Shown: piece after piece, positions 1-9,958 of the stretch
Layout of the letters: every line of letters begins with the position of its first letter
Position numbering within the stretch: the first letter of the stretch is position 1
DNA from: an uncultured Verrucomicrobiales bacterium
Lineage (GTDB): Bacteria; Verrucomicrobiota; Verrucomicrobiia; Verrucomicrobiales; DEV007
Direction of reading: 5' to 3'
Length of the DNA stretch: 64,000 nt
Assembly: GCA_964500945.1 (NCBI GenBank)
Contig: CAZCRA010000002.1
Location: forward strand, 27,683-91,682
Notes under the pieces: model-generated
Told to the model about the DNA's origin: nothing
The model's database searches: none
The model's input: the letters and a program-made list of their open reading frames with translations, nothing else
Program-made: the position numbers and the translations under genes

Positions 1-931
1 CTTCGGGCCCGGGAAGGTAGACCCGGTGCTGAGCGTTGAGGCGGTAGCGGCCGGAGTCGAGGTCCGTGTTCCGCGGCATGCCGGTGCGGCCGATGTTTGG
101 TTTGTCGTCCTGCGCGTAGTAATACTCGATTCGCCCGAAGTTTGGCTCTCCCCGGAGCCGCATGGATTCGAGTTCGATCCCGCCGGCCAGGCCTCGTTCG
201 GCGCGATAATCCAGGTTGGCGGTAGCGAGGGTGTGGTCCCCGATCATGAACCCGTACCGATTCAGGATGTAGCCGCCCCACGCGTCATTGTAACCGGGGG
301 TGAAATAGTAACCGAGTTCGTCCTCCAAGGGCTGGGCAAAAACGGGGAGATACATGAAAGGCACTGGTCCGGCCGAGAGGGTGGCGCCCTTGAAAACGAT
401 GTATTCGTCGGGGTAGATCGTGATTTTGCGTGCTTTGATCTTCCAATTGGGCTTCGAGAAGTCGTGCGTGGTGATCACGGTGTTCTCGGTCCGGATGACG
501 TCCATCTCGCCGGTTGGAATCGTGACGGCCTCAGTCTCGAAGTAGACGTCGCCCAGGCTGCTCTTGATGTCGCTGGAGATGATGACGCCGGTGTTGATGT
601 TGTAGACAGCTTCCTCGCCCCGGTAGAGTTGTCCGGCTTTGAAAATACTGACGTTCCGCCGCGCGAAGATGTCACCGGACTGCTGGTGATACTCGGCTTC
701 GCCAGCGTAAATCGTGGCATCGCCGTAGCGGATGAGAACGTCTCCACGCGCCCGGGCAATGCCCAACTCCTGGTCGTAGGAGGTCTCCATGCTTTCGATC
801 TGCACGGCATCGGCGACCGTCTGGGCCATGTCCTCGATCGCCTCGAACTGGGCTGCCGCGGGATGCGTCCAGGCGAAGACGGCGGTCAGAAGGAAGAAAA
901 GCGCGGAAAAAGTGGTCTTGTGCGTCGTCAT
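1..931 (-). CDS. lptD: LPS-assembly outer-membrane protein LptD/OstA-like. The 5' part is present and the gene runs off the left edge of the window.
   Basis: This gene is not in the ORF track because it has no stop inside the window. My reverse-strand translation from the ATG at 931..929 gives MTTHKTTFSALFFLLTAVFAWTHPAAAQ, a signal peptide. An OstA-type N-domain follows (GDVLIRYGDATIYAGEAEYHQQSGDIFARRNVSIFKAGQLYRGEEAVYN). Further on it reads ITIYPDEYIVFKGATLSAGPVPFMYLPVFAQP...YFTPGYNDAWGGYILNRYGF. The frame stays open to base 1. Confidence 0.75.
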   Translation of the reverse strand, partial: MTTHKTTFSALFFLLTAVFAWTHPAAAQFEAIEDMAQTVADAVQIESMETSYDQELGIARARGDVLIRYGDATIYAGEAEYHQQSGDIFARRNVSIFKAGQLYRGEEAVYNINTGVIISSDIKSSLGDVYFETEAVTIPTGEMDVIRTENTVITTHDFSKPNWKIKARKITIYPDEYIVFKGATLSAGPVPFMYLPVFAQPLEDELGYYFTPGYNDAWGGYILNRYGFMIGDHTLATANLDYRAERGLAGGIELESMRLRGEPNFGRIEYYYAQDDKPNIGRTGMPRNTDLDSGRYRLNAQHRVYLPGPE

Positions 932-1092
932 GATGAGAAGAGCGGAGGGCGGCTAGCCACACACCTCTTTAAGAACAGTAAACTATTATTGGCAAGCACA
1001 AACTTGGCTTTTCCTAGCAGGTGAATGCCCGGGGCACCACGAGAAAATGGCCAAATCGCTTCCAAAGGCCGTCCCGGGTGGAATCTGTCGAC

Positions 1093-1788
1093 TCACAGCA
1101 GGCCAAACTCGCGGAAACTGAAGTAGGGATCACCATGATTTCCGGGGGCGCCCACGATGACGTGATCGGCGAATTGAATGCCCAGTTCTTCGCTGGCCCG
1201 GTGAATGCGACGGGTCAGATCGCGATCGGCCCGGCTGGGAGAAGGGTCACCCGAGGGATGATTGTGTGCCAGAATGAAGGCGTGCGCGGCATGGACGAGG
1301 GGGCAGCGCAGGATCTCGCGCGGATGAGCGATGCACTCATTCACGGTTCCGAGGCCGACGACATCATGGGCGATCATCCGGTAGCGGGTATCGAGGGAGA
1401 GGACCCGGATGGACTCCTGCCTGAGCGGTCGCATCTGGGCATGGAGCAGATCGTAAATGGCTTCGGGATTGTCGAGCGGGAGGTCTTTCACCCGCTCCGC
1501 CGCGAAGCGCCGCCCCAATTCGAAGGCGGCCGCGAGCTGGCAGGCCTTGGCGAGCCCCATTCCGCGCGGTTTGGAGAGTTCGGCGATGGACGCTTGGGCC
1601 AATTCCCGAAGTCCGCCGTGTGTCCGCAGGAGATTGCGTCCCAGATCGACGGCACTTTCGCCTTCAACCCCAACCCGGAGGAAGATGGCGAGCAGTTCCG
1701 AGTCGGAGAGAGATTCGGGACCACGAGAGGCCAGCTTCTCGCGTGGCCGCTCATCCCCAGGTAACTCACGAATGCGTAGCGCGGACAT
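1093..1788 (-). CDS. radC: RadC-family JAMM protein (UPF0758)
   Basis: Taken from track ORF 1093..1845. The JAMM motif ILAHNHPSGDPSPSRADRDLT is present, and the N-terminus carries SDSELLAIFLRVG. The start is trimmed to the internal ATG at 1788 (MSALRIRELPGDERPREKL), which I verified as cat at 1786-1788. Confidence 0.85.
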   Translation of the reverse strand: MSALRIRELPGDERPREKLASRGPESLSDSELLAIFLRVGVEGESAVDLGRNLLRTHGGLRELAQASIAELSKPRGMGLAKACQLAAAFELGRRFAAERVKDLPLDNPEAIYDLLHAQMRPLRQESIRVLSLDTRYRMIAHDVVGLGTVNECIAHPREILRCPLVHAAHAFILAHNHPSGDPSPSRADRDLTRRIHRASEELGIQFADHVIVGAPGNHGDPYFSFREFGLL

Positions 1789-1832
1789 GCGCCACCTATG
1801 AGCGAAGCCGCGCCGCTGTCCAGCCCGAGTCG

Positions 1833-2828
1833 CTAACGCAGACAAGCGATCAGCTTCGCATCGAGAAAACCCAGGATCTGATCGAGGGCATTGGCGTATT
1901 CGTTGCTCGGTAGGACGAGCAGGTCTCCGGCAGCCTCTTCGAGGATTTCGCGGGCCGAACCGACGGCGCGTTCGAGAGCACCTTCGTAGTCGGCGATGTT
2001 GGCAAGTGCCGAAAGGTCGAAAGGCTCCTTCTGAACGAGGAGGCGGCAGAGTTTCTCCCTCTGGCGGTCAGTGGCCTCATCCAGGAGGTTGAGGATGGGC
2101 AGGGTGAGCTTTCCCTTCTCGAGATCGGTGCGGAGCGTTTTGCCGACGGCATCTTCGTCCCCCACGAGGTCGAGGCAGTCGTCATAAATCTGGTAAGCGA
2201 TACCAAGCCGGCGCCCGTAAGAGGCCAGACTCTCCTGGACCCGCTCAGTTGCTCCATTGAGTCGCGTGCCCAGCCTACAAGCCGCTTCGAACAGGGCTGC
2301 GGTCTTCATTTCGATGATCCGGAAGTAGTCATCGCGACTCAATTGGAGATCGAAGCGCCTCTGAGTTTGGATGATTTCGCCGGTGCACACCCGGCTGGCC
2401 GAATGGGCGATTTGCCGCGCGACTTCGCGATCTTCGAATTCGGTGGACACCATCAGTGCATGAGCGAAGAGGCTATCTCCCAGCAAAACGCTGAGTCCAT
2501 TTCCCCACTTCGCGTTTGCCGTCAGGAGATCTCGCCGTCTCTCGGCTCCGTCGATGATGTCATCGTGAACGAGCGTGGCGATGTGGATCATCTCGAGAGC
2601 GGTCCCGAGGAGGACGTGTTCTTCCGAAACCGAACCGGTCGCGCCACCGGCGAGGGTGACCAGGGCAGGCCGGATCCTTTTTCCGCTGGTTCCGCAAACG
2701 TAGGAGACGTAGCCTTCGACCGCGGGGTCAAAGGCGCGAACCTGATCGGAGAGCGTGCGCTCGACCCTCTGGATTTCGTCTCGGACGAGATGGAATGGGA
2801 ATTGGCCTCGGGGGGCTTCTGTGGTCAT
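1833..2828 (-). CDS. Long-chain trans-polyprenyl diphosphate synthase (IspB-like)
   Basis: The first Asp-rich motif is IATLVHDDIIDGAERRR, with small residues at -4/-5. The second Asp-rich motif is AYQIYDDCLDLVGD. The start is trimmed to the ATG at 2828 (MTTEAPRG), because the upstream 50 codons are Arg-rich junk. Confidence 0.85.
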   Translation of the reverse strand: MTTEAPRGQFPFHLVRDEIQRVERTLSDQVRAFDPAVEGYVSYVCGTSGKRIRPALVTLAGGATGSVSEEHVLLGTALEMIHIATLVHDDIIDGAERRRDLLTANAKWGNGLSVLLGDSLFAHALMVSTEFEDREVARQIAHSASRVCTGEIIQTQRRFDLQLSRDDYFRIIEMKTAALFEAACRLGTRLNGATERVQESLASYGRRLGIAYQIYDDCLDLVGDEDAVGKTLRTDLEKGKLTLPILNLLDEATDRQREKLCRLLVQKEPFDLSALANIADYEGALERAVGSAREILEEAAGDLLVLPSNEYANALDQILGFLDAKLIACLR

Positions 2829-2920
2829 AGTGCGTAGGCGCTTGGAGAATGGTTTTCTACATCTGCATACGACCTGAACGGGCAGCAAGATGGAGAGTCC
2901 GAGCGCTTTTCGTGGGACGG

Positions 2921-4057
2921 CTATTCGGAATGACCGAAAGCGAACTGGGCGTAGGCGGACTCGGCGGTCCCGAACCATTTTGAAGAAGCGGTTTGGAATT
3001 TCCGCCAGTGCTCGAAGACTCGAGCGTACGCGGGTTCCTGGCTGGATAGCTCGGCGTGCAGGTCTTCGGACTCCTTGGCGGCAGCCTTCATGAGGTCCTG
3101 CGGGAACGGTTGTAGTCTCACGCCTTTCTCCACCAGTTCATGGAGGGCGACGGGATTTTTGACATCGTAATTGTGGAGCATGTCGGCGGCGGTCCGCTCG
3201 CAAGCGATCTCCAACGCGGCCTGGTATTCGGAGGGCAGCCGGTCCCAGGACCTGCGGTTCACGTAGATGCTCATGTTCGCCCCGGGCTCCCACCAACCGG
3301 GGTAATAATAGTTCTTTGCGACCTGCCAGAATCCCAGCTTCTGATCGTCGTAGGGGCCAACCCATTCGGTGGCGTCGATGGCGCCTCGTTCTAAAGCGGG
3401 GTAGATGTCGCCACCGGGCAGGACCTGAACATTCACGCCGAGGCGGTTCATGATTTTGCCGCCGAGACCGGGGATCCGCATTTTGAGACCTTTGAGATCC
3501 TCGAGCGACTCGATTTCGCGCCGGAACCAGCCTCCCATCTGGGTTCCCGTGTTACCTCCGAGCAACGTGCGGATGTTGAAATCGGCCATGAGTTCGTTCA
3601 TCAGCTCGAGGCCGCCGCCCCGGCAAAGCCAGGCGGTCTGCTGACGGGCCGTCAATCCGAAGGGAACGGCCGTTTCGAAGGCGAGGGCGGGATTCTTTCC
3701 GACGTAGTAATAGGCGGCGGTGTGCCCGATTTCGATGCTGCCCTGTTGGACCGCGTCGAAGACCTCGCCGCCCGGAATGAGTTCGCCGGCCGAATAGACC
3801 TCCAGCTGAAAACGACCACCGGTGAGACCGGAGAGTTTCTCAGAAAGATTCTCGGCCAGGCCAAAAATGGTATCCAGGGACCGGGGATAACTCGACGCGA
3901 GGGTCCAGCGGATTCGCTTGCCGGTTTGAACGGAGGGGCTGGCTCCGCCTGGGCTTTCACCCTCGTTTCGGCAGCCGGCGAGTCCGGTTCCCGCCGCCAC
4001 GGCTCCACCAAGACCCGCCATCACGTGGCGACGGTTCATGCGCTTTGTTTGGTCCAT
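2921..4057 (-). CDS. TRAP-transporter solute-binding protein (DctP family), probable lipoprotein. No DctQ/M permease genes are adjacent.
   Basis: The translation shows GKRIRWTLASSYPRSLD..., GSIEIGHTAAYYYVGKNPALAF..., GTQMGGWFRREI and YYYPGWWEPG. The N-terminus MNRRHVMAGLGGAVAAGTGLAGC looks like a lipobox. Start candidates are 4057 (MDQTKR) and 4039 (MNRRH). Confidence 0.75.
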   Translation of the reverse strand: MDQTKRMNRRHVMAGLGGAVAAGTGLAGCRNEGESPGGASPSVQTGKRIRWTLASSYPRSLDTIFGLAENLSEKLSGLTGGRFQLEVYSAGELIPGGEVFDAVQQGSIEIGHTAAYYYVGKNPALAFETAVPFGLTARQQTAWLCRGGGLELMNELMADFNIRTLLGGNTGTQMGGWFRREIESLEDLKGLKMRIPGLGGKIMNRLGVNVQVLPGGDIYPALERGAIDATEWVGPYDDQKLGFWQVAKNYYYPGWWEPGANMSIYVNRRSWDRLPSEYQAALEIACERTAADMLHNYDVKNPVALHELVEKGVRLQPFPQDLMKAAAKESEDLHAELSSQEPAYARVFEHWRKFQTASSKWFGTAESAYAQFAFGHSE

Positions 4058-4184
4058 GAGGATCAAGCGATAAGGAAAGCTGCTGGCCGAAGCAAGCGAT
4101 TGCTGACGCGAAGACGAGTGGGCGGGTGTGGGGATCACACAGGAATCCGTGGCGTCGAGAAACGGGCGATGGTATCGGAGACGG

Positions 4185-5357
4185 ATGGCAGGACTGGTTG
4201 TCAAACCGAGATCGCGCATCTTTCACGGCCACGAATGGGTGTATGGGACGGAGGTGAAGAAGGTCTTCGGTGAACCGAAGCCGGGCGATGTGATCTCACT
4301 GAAGGATTTTCGGGATCGAGCGCTGGGGAGCGCGATTTACAATCCGGACTCCCAGATCGTGGCGCGCCGGATTTCCCGTCGCCGTCAGGACCTCGACGCC
4401 GATTTTTTCACGCGACGGCTAGCCCGTGCCGACGACTACCGCCAGCGGCTTCCGGTGGCTGCTGAACCCGGGGTTTACCGGGTGATCTGGAGTGAGAGCG
4501 ACGGACTTCCGGGGGTGATCGTCGATCGTTACGGCGAACAGATTGCATTTCAGACGCAGACCCTCGCGATGGATCAGCGGCGTGACCTGCTCGTGGAGGC
4601 GATTCGCGAGCGGTTCGAACCCGAAGTGCTGGTCGAGCGAAACGATTCCGTGATGCGGGCGGCGGAAAAGCTGGAGACGCGCAAGACGGTCCTGGCCGGG
4701 AAGCCCGAGCGACGGACGGTGCGGGTTTCGGGGATCGTGCAACAGGTCGATCTTTGGGAAGGGCAGAAGACGGGTTTGTATCTGGATCAGCTCGACAATT
4801 ATGTCGACGTGGCCCGTCACGCGTCGGGGCGCCGGGTGCTCGATGCGTTTTGTAACCAGGGAGGGTTTGCGCTGGCAGCGGCGGGAGCCGGGGCGGCCGA
4901 GGTCACCGGGGTGGATGCCAGCGGCGGCGCAATCGAGTTGGCCAAGGAAAACGCCAGGGCCATGGATGTGGAGGCGCGGTTCGAAGAAGGCAACGCTTTC
5001 GATTTTCTCCGGGAAAGGGAAGCGGAGGGCGCCACCTACGACCTGGTCGTGCTCGACCCGCCGTCCTTCACGCGGAATCGGAAGTCGCTGCGGGACGCTC
5101 TCAGGGGATATAAGGAGATTCACCTTCGTGCCTTGAAGCTTCTCGAGCCGGGCGGGCTTCTCTCCACCTTCAGCTGCAGCCACCACGTGGATCACGCGGC
5201 GTATCTGGGAGTCATTCGAGAGGCGGCGGTCGATGCCAAACGGAATCTGAGGTTGGTCGCGCAGCACGGGCAGCGGATGGATCATCCGGTGCTTCCCCTG
5301 CTACCGGAGACGGAGTATCTTCGGGGCTTCACGCTGGAAGTCATGGCCGCCTGGTGA
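4185..5357 (+). CDS. rlmI: 23S rRNA m5C methyltransferase RlmI-like (PUA domain plus class I SAM methyltransferase)
   Basis: The translation shows RIFHGHEWVYGTEV, DGLPGVIVDRYGE, GQKTGLYLDQ, VLDAFCNQGGFALAAA and LVVLDPPSF. The start is trimmed to the ATG at 4185 (MAGLVVKPRSR). Confidence 0.85.
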   Translation: MAGLVVKPRSRIFHGHEWVYGTEVKKVFGEPKPGDVISLKDFRDRALGSAIYNPDSQIVARRISRRRQDLDADFFTRRLARADDYRQRLPVAAEPGVYRVIWSESDGLPGVIVDRYGEQIAFQTQTLAMDQRRDLLVEAIRERFEPEVLVERNDSVMRAAEKLETRKTVLAGKPERRTVRVSGIVQQVDLWEGQKTGLYLDQLDNYVDVARHASGRRVLDAFCNQGGFALAAAGAGAAEVTGVDASGGAIELAKENARAMDVEARFEEGNAFDFLREREAEGATYDLVVLDPPSFTRNRKSLRDALRGYKEIHLRALKLLEPGGLLSTFSCSHHVDHAAYLGVIREAAVDAKRNLRLVAQHGQRMDHPVLPLLPETEYLRGFTLEVMAAW

Positions 5358-7078
5358 GCGAACTCGATCAATATCTCCTTTTGCTGCGCTACCACACGCG
5401 GATGTTCGTCACGCGTTCGGCCCGGATGCTGCGGGAATCGAAGTTGGCCATGTTGGCGATGGCGCTGTTCCTGGCCGGGTATGCCTTCATGAGCTACTGG
5501 CTGTTCACGAAGGGGCTTTTTCTCGTTGAACGGGTGCCCGGGATTGGCGGATTTCTGGGCGACCGGATCATCTATCTGATCTTCTTCTTTTTCCTGCTGA
5601 TGCTGATCTTCTCGGTGGGGATCACGAATTACATCAGCTTGATCAAGGGGCGAGACATCGGCTGGCTTCTGACACTGCCCGTCACGCACCGGGTGATCTT
5701 TCTTTGGAAATCGACGGAGGCCATTCTCTTTGCGAGCTGGGGCCTGGTTTTCATCAGCGGACCGCTCTTGGTGGCGTTCGCGACGTCGCGTTACGCTCCC
5801 GAAAGCTTCTACTGGCGGGCGGCGCTCTGTGTCCTGCCCTTTGTCACGATTGCCGCGGTGACGGGCAGTGTGCTGTTTCTCGGCATTCTGCGTTGGGTTT
5901 CGCGTCCGGTGGGCATGACCTTGGCGGCCATCGTCCTGGCCTGGATCGGGTGGTCGGCCATCGGTGCCTACGAAGATGCCGCCGTGGCCCGCGAGCGGAC
6001 GATGGGGGTTGTCGCCATCAACGAGCTGCTCAAACACACCGAGATGAGCGTTCACCCCTTCCTGCCGAGCAGTTGGCTGAGCCGGTCGCTCATCCAGTGG
6101 ACGCGGGAGCTTCAGCACGATGCCGTTTTTCACGCGGTGCTTCTGTGGACCTGGGCGCTGATGGGCGTCGTGGCCATGTCGGCCGCTGGGCGGAGCTGGT
6201 TCTACTCCGGCTGGAACCGGAATCTACAGCGAGCGGGAATGGCGGTGAGCCGTCGCCGGGAGAGACGGCGTGGCAAGGCCTACGGCTGGAAGCGCTACCC
6301 CAACCGGGTCCTTGGATTGGGCCGGCCACTGCGGGCAGTGATCCGGAAGGACATCAAGACCTTCCTGCGTGAACCGTCGCAGTGGGTCCAATTCGCGATC
6401 GTTTTCGGTCTTTTGCTCCTCTACGTGCTGAATCTCCGGAATCTGGGCTATGACTATGAGAACCGGTTTTGGGCGGCACTGATCAGCGCGATCAACTTCA
6501 CGGTTTGTTCGCTGGCCGTGTCGACCTTGACCACGCGCTTCGTGTTCCCGCAATTCAGTTTGGAAGGGACGCGGATTTGGATCCTGGGCATGGCCCCGAT
6601 GCCGCTCCACTTCGTGGTCCTGCAGAAGTGGATCCAGGGATTCGTGACCATCGGGTTTGTCACGACCGCACTCCAAATCCTCTCCGGCCTGGTCCTGAAA
6701 CTGCCGGCGCAGGACATCGCGCTCTACGCCAGCTCCATCGCGATCCTCAGCATCGGGCTCTGTGGCATCGCCGTCGGGCTGGGCGCCGTCTTCCCCAATC
6801 TCGAAGAAACCAATGCTGCGAAGATCGTTTCCGGCTTCGGAGGGACGCTTTGTTTGATTTGCAGCTTCTTCTACATCCTGGCGTTCGTGACCTTGCTGTG
6901 CCTGGCCAAAGCCGACATTTTCCGCGGCGGCCCGAGAGCCCTGCCGGTGGAGCCGCTCGGCGTCGGAACGGAGGTGGCGGTTTTGGGGGCGATCGCGTTG
7001 ACGGTGGTGTTTGCCGGGGTGCCGCTGTTGATCGCCATGCGGCGGGTGCACCGAATGGAATTGCTGACCCCGAGCTAA
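5354..7078 (+). CDS. Polytopic inner-membrane protein with at least 10 hydrophobic segments, possibly an ABC-2 or exporter-like permease. Function unknown.
   Basis: The 574-aa ORF carries many 20-aa hydrophobic stretches in two halves, separated by a basic loop (RRRERRRGKAYGWKRYPNR). Its ATG overlaps the rlmI stop (ATGA at 5354-5357). No ATPase gene lies nearby. Confidence 0.6.
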   Translation: MSELDQYLLLLRYHTRMFVTRSARMLRESKLAMLAMALFLAGYAFMSYWLFTKGLFLVERVPGIGGFLGDRIIYLIFFFFLLMLIFSVGITNYISLIKGRDIGWLLTLPVTHRVIFLWKSTEAILFASWGLVFISGPLLVAFATSRYAPESFYWRAALCVLPFVTIAAVTGSVLFLGILRWVSRPVGMTLAAIVLAWIGWSAIGAYEDAAVARERTMGVVAINELLKHTEMSVHPFLPSSWLSRSLIQWTRELQHDAVFHAVLLWTWALMGVVAMSAAGRSWFYSGWNRNLQRAGMAVSRRRERRRGKAYGWKRYPNRVLGLGRPLRAVIRKDIKTFLREPSQWVQFAIVFGLLLLYVLNLRNLGYDYENRFWAALISAINFTVCSLAVSTLTTRFVFPQFSLEGTRIWILGMAPMPLHFVVLQKWIQGFVTIGFVTTALQILSGLVLKLPAQDIALYASSIAILSIGLCGIAVGLGAVFPNLEETNAAKIVSGFGGTLCLICSFFYILAFVTLLCLAKADIFRGGPRALPVEPLGVGTEVAVLGAIALTVVFAGVPLLIAMRRVHRMELLTPS

Positions 7079-7209
7079 TCAAGAAAGACAGGGGAGCGCC
7101 TCGAGTTACGGAAATTATATTTAAAGCCAAAAAGTGCTAGACATTAGGGTGAGTCTGCCTTTAATGGAATGCGAACATTTCGCCTTCCCAAACCTTTCCC
7201 TGCTCCCCG

Positions 7210-7878
7210 ATGTCTGCGACTTATTCTTCGGCTCAGCGCCGATCCAGTTTCAGCGAGCGATTCCTTCCCGGAGACGCTTTGCCTACGCCGGAATACCGGC
7301 ACGACGTTTCCCTTCCCGGATTCTTGCAGCGGCCGGCGTTTTCCGGCGGGTCGTTGGATGAAGAGGCTGAGCTTGACCGCGAGGTGCGTAACGCCGCCGA
7401 CCGGTTGGAGCGTTTGCAGGCCGAGAAAAAGCGGATCGAGGTCCTTCACGAGCGCGAAACGGCCGTTCTGAACCGGCGCGATGACCTCACGGCGGCGATC
7501 GCGGGACGGATTCTCGAGTTCGAGCAGCGGATCCGGTTGATCGAGGGCCTGGGTGGCGAATTGGAGCGCGGAATCGTGAGTTCGCAGGAGCAGGGTGCCG
7601 AATTGCAGCAATTGACGCCCAATCGGTTGAAGCGTTTTGGCGACGAAGTCTGGGAGCAGGCCGAAGAGCGTCTGGAGGAGATTCAATCGGATGCCCAGGA
7701 CCGGCGGGATGCGATCGAAGAGCGTTTCGCGGATCTGACGGGCGAAGCGATTCCGGAAGAGCGCGGGTCGCTCTCGTCTGCGGTGAAGCGGGGCTTTGTC
7801 TTTTTCCTTCCGACGATCTCGGTTGGGACGCTCGTGTTGGTGGTGTGCCTGCTCATCATTAGCCGCTCAGGCATGTAA
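7210..7878 (+). CDS. Hypothetical coiled-coil protein with a C-terminal transmembrane anchor
   Basis: The region is heptad-like and rich in E/R/L (LERLQAEKKRIEVLHERETAVL...EERLEEIQSDAQDRRDAIEERF). A terminal hydrophobic helix follows (FVFFLPTISVGTLVLVVCLLII). An AT-richer intergenic region (7079-7209) lies upstream. The start is uncertain. Confidence 0.55.
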   Translation: MSATYSSAQRRSSFSERFLPGDALPTPEYRHDVSLPGFLQRPAFSGGSLDEEAELDREVRNAADRLERLQAEKKRIEVLHERETAVLNRRDDLTAAIAGRILEFEQRIRLIEGLGGELERGIVSSQEQGAELQQLTPNRLKRFGDEVWEQAEERLEEIQSDAQDRRDAIEERFADLTGEAIPEERGSLSSAVKRGFVFFLPTISVGTLVLVVCLLIISRSGM

Positions 7879-7884
7879 CTGGGA

Positions 7885-8160
7885 ATGGCCATGAGCGAAT
7901 CGACGAGTGAGGATCGGCGCGAGCGAATCGAAGCTCTGCGGAAGCGGCGGGAGGCGCTCGACAACCGGATCCAGGTGCTGGAGAGCAGCCTTCGCACGGC
8001 TGGATTCGGCGCGGCCTTGGAGGCAGAGCGTGTGCGAAGGGCGCCCGCGGCGCGAAGGGGCTCGCGAGGTCCCGGTAATCCGCAGTTGCGGCAGTTCATT
8101 CTGCTCCTGGCGATTCTGGCTGCCGTGCTCGCGTGGATCTGGCTGGCGAGCCGGGGTTGA
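7885..8160 (+). CDS. Small hypothetical coiled-coil protein with a C-terminal transmembrane anchor
   Basis: The 91-aa product has the same layout as the preceding gene. It reads RRERIEALRKRREALDNRIQVLESSL, then FILLLAILAAVLAWIWLA. Confidence 0.5.
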   Translation: MAMSESTSEDRRERIEALRKRREALDNRIQVLESSLRTAGFGAALEAERVRRAPAARRGSRGPGNPQLRQFILLLAILAAVLAWIWLASRG

Positions 8161-8215
8161 GGAGGCCAGGGCTCGCGTTGATTGACACCGCTGGGCGGGG
8201 CCGCATAGTGCGCGG

Positions 8216-8506
8216 ATGCCTGAGCAGGAGTTCGACGTCGGTTATGTGGCCGACCTTTGCCGGCTGGAGCTGAGCGCCGCCGAGCGGGAGCGATTCCAGA
8301 GTCAACTGGAGTCCGTGCTGGCCTACATGCATTGCATCGACGACTTCGATGTTTCTGACGTGGAGCCGATGGCGCACGCGAATCCGGTTTACGACGTGTT
8401 TCGGGAGGACGAAGCCCGGGCCGGTCTGACCCAGGACGAAGCGTTGAGCAACGCCCCGCAGGTGGCTCACCATCAATTTGCGGTCACCAAAGTCGTCGAC
8501 GCCTGA
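8216..8506 (+). CDS. gatC: Asp/Glu-tRNA amidotransferase subunit C
   Basis: The 96-aa product contains VGYVADLCRLELSAAERERFQSQLESVLAYM and FAVTKVVD. It lies immediately upstream of gatA. Confidence 0.9.
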   Translation: MPEQEFDVGYVADLCRLELSAAERERFQSQLESVLAYMHCIDDFDVSDVEPMAHANPVYDVFREDEARAGLTQDEALSNAPQVAHHQFAVTKVVDA

Positions 8507-8512
8507 ACGCCC

Positions 8513-9958
8513 ATGGACCTCTCTCAGCTGACGATTGCCGGGCTCCGGGAGCAGTTCCGTTCGGGTGCGGCTTCGCCCGAGGACGCCGTGCGAGCGGTTG
8601 AGCAGGCCATCAAGACGCGTGATGGCAGCGTCGGTGGCTACTTGTCGGCGGACATCGAAACGGCCTTGGCCGAGGCACGCTCGGCCGATCTCGATCTGCC
8701 TCTGGGCGGCGTGCCGATCGCGGTCAAGGATGTGATTTCGGTGAAGGGCCAGCCCTGCTCATGCGCCTCGAAGATTCTCCACGAACGCTACCGGGCGCCC
8801 TATGACGCGACGGTGATCGCGAAGCTTCGGGCGGCGGGAGCGATTCCCTTGGGCCGGACAAACATGGATGAATTCGCCATGGGATCTTCGACGGAGAACT
8901 CCGGGCTCCAGCCGACGAGGAACCCCTGGAATTTGGAGCGTGCCCCTGGTGGGTCCAGTGGTGGGTCGGCCGCGGTGGTGGCTGCGGATTCGGCCATCGC
9001 GGCGCTGGGTTCGGACACCGGCGGGTCGATCCGGCAGCCGGCCTCGTTTTGCGGCTGTGTCGGGGTCAAACCGACGTATGGTCGCGTCTCGCGCTATGGC
9101 TTGGTCGCTTTTGCGTCGTCGCTGGACCAGATCGGGCCGATGACGAAGAGCGTGGAGGATTCGGCCCTGCTCATGAATGTGATTTCGGGACGGGATCCCA
9201 GCGATTCGACTTCGCTCGACGAGGCGGTGCCGGACTACACGGCATCGCTTGGGAAAGGGGTGAAGGGGCTGAAGATCGGTCTCCCGCGGGAAATGCTGGA
9301 TTCGACACCGATGCAGGAGGGCATCAAGGACACGGTGCTGAAGGCGCTGGAGGTGCTGGAGGAGGCGGGCGCCGAAATCGTCGAGGTGCAGCTTCCAGGG
9401 AACGATGCGGCGGTGGCGGTGTATTACATCCTTGCCACGGCGGAGGCCTCGGCCAACCTGGCCCGTTTTGATGGGGTGCGCTACGGCTATCGGGCCGAGG
9501 GGGTCGAGAATCTGGAGGAACACTACAAGCGATCGCGCTCGGAGGGTTTCGGGGAAGAAGTGAAACGCCGGATCATTCTGGGGACCTACGTGCTCAGCTC
9601 AGGCTACGCGGATCAGTATTACACGCGGGCTCAGCAAGTGCGCAGCGTGATTCGGAAGGAGTTCGAGCGGGCGTTCGAAAAGGTGGACGTGATCGCAACG
9701 CCGACGTGTCCTTCGGTAGCCTTCGAGTTGGGCGAGAAGACGGACAATCCGTTGGAGATGTATCTGAGCGACATTTTCACGATCGCCTCGAATCTGTGCG
9801 GGAGCTGTGGGGTGAGCGTGCCCTGCGGGTTTCTGGACGGCCTCCCGGTCGGCTTGCAAATTCTGGGGCCGGCCTTCGCGGAGGAACGCGTTTTCCAGAT
9901 GGCGCACGCCTATGAGCAGGCGACGGAGTGGAGCCGGAAACGGCCGGAATTGGCCTGA
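8513..9958 (+). CDS. gatA: Asp/Glu-tRNA amidotransferase subunit A (amidase signature family)
   Basis: The translation shows GVPIAVKDVI, GGSSGGSAAVVAA, LGSDTGGSIRQPASFCG and VGLQILGPAFAEE. Confidence 0.95.
   Translation: MDLSQLTIAGLREQFRSGAASPEDAVRAVEQAIKTRDGSVGGYLSADIETALAEARSADLDLPLGGVPIAVKDVISVKGQPCSCASKILHERYRAPYDATVIAKLRAAGAIPLGRTNMDEFAMGSSTENSGLQPTRNPWNLERAPGGSSGGSAAVVAADSAIAALGSDTGGSIRQPASFCGCVGVKPTYGRVSRYGLVAFASSLDQIGPMTKSVEDSALLMNVISGRDPSDSTSLDEAVPDYTASLGKGVKGLKIGLPREMLDSTPMQEGIKDTVLKALEVLEEAGAEIVEVQLPGNDAAVAVYYILATAEASANLARFDGVRYGYRAEGVENLEEHYKRSRSEGFGEEVKRRIILGTYVLSSGYADQYYTRAQQVRSVIRKEFERAFEKVDVIATPTCPSVAFELGEKTDNPLEMYLSDIFTIASNLCGSCGVSVPCGFLDGLPVGLQILGPAFAEERVFQMAHAYEQATEWSRKRPELA

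Noticed and set aside
26-1024. A 332-aa + strand ORF that covers the whole left end of the window.
   Set aside because: It is an antisense shadow of the lptD-like gene. The translation is Val/Gly/Asp-rich with no motif. The opposite strand gives a signal peptide plus clear OstA/LptD sequence that is open to the window edge.
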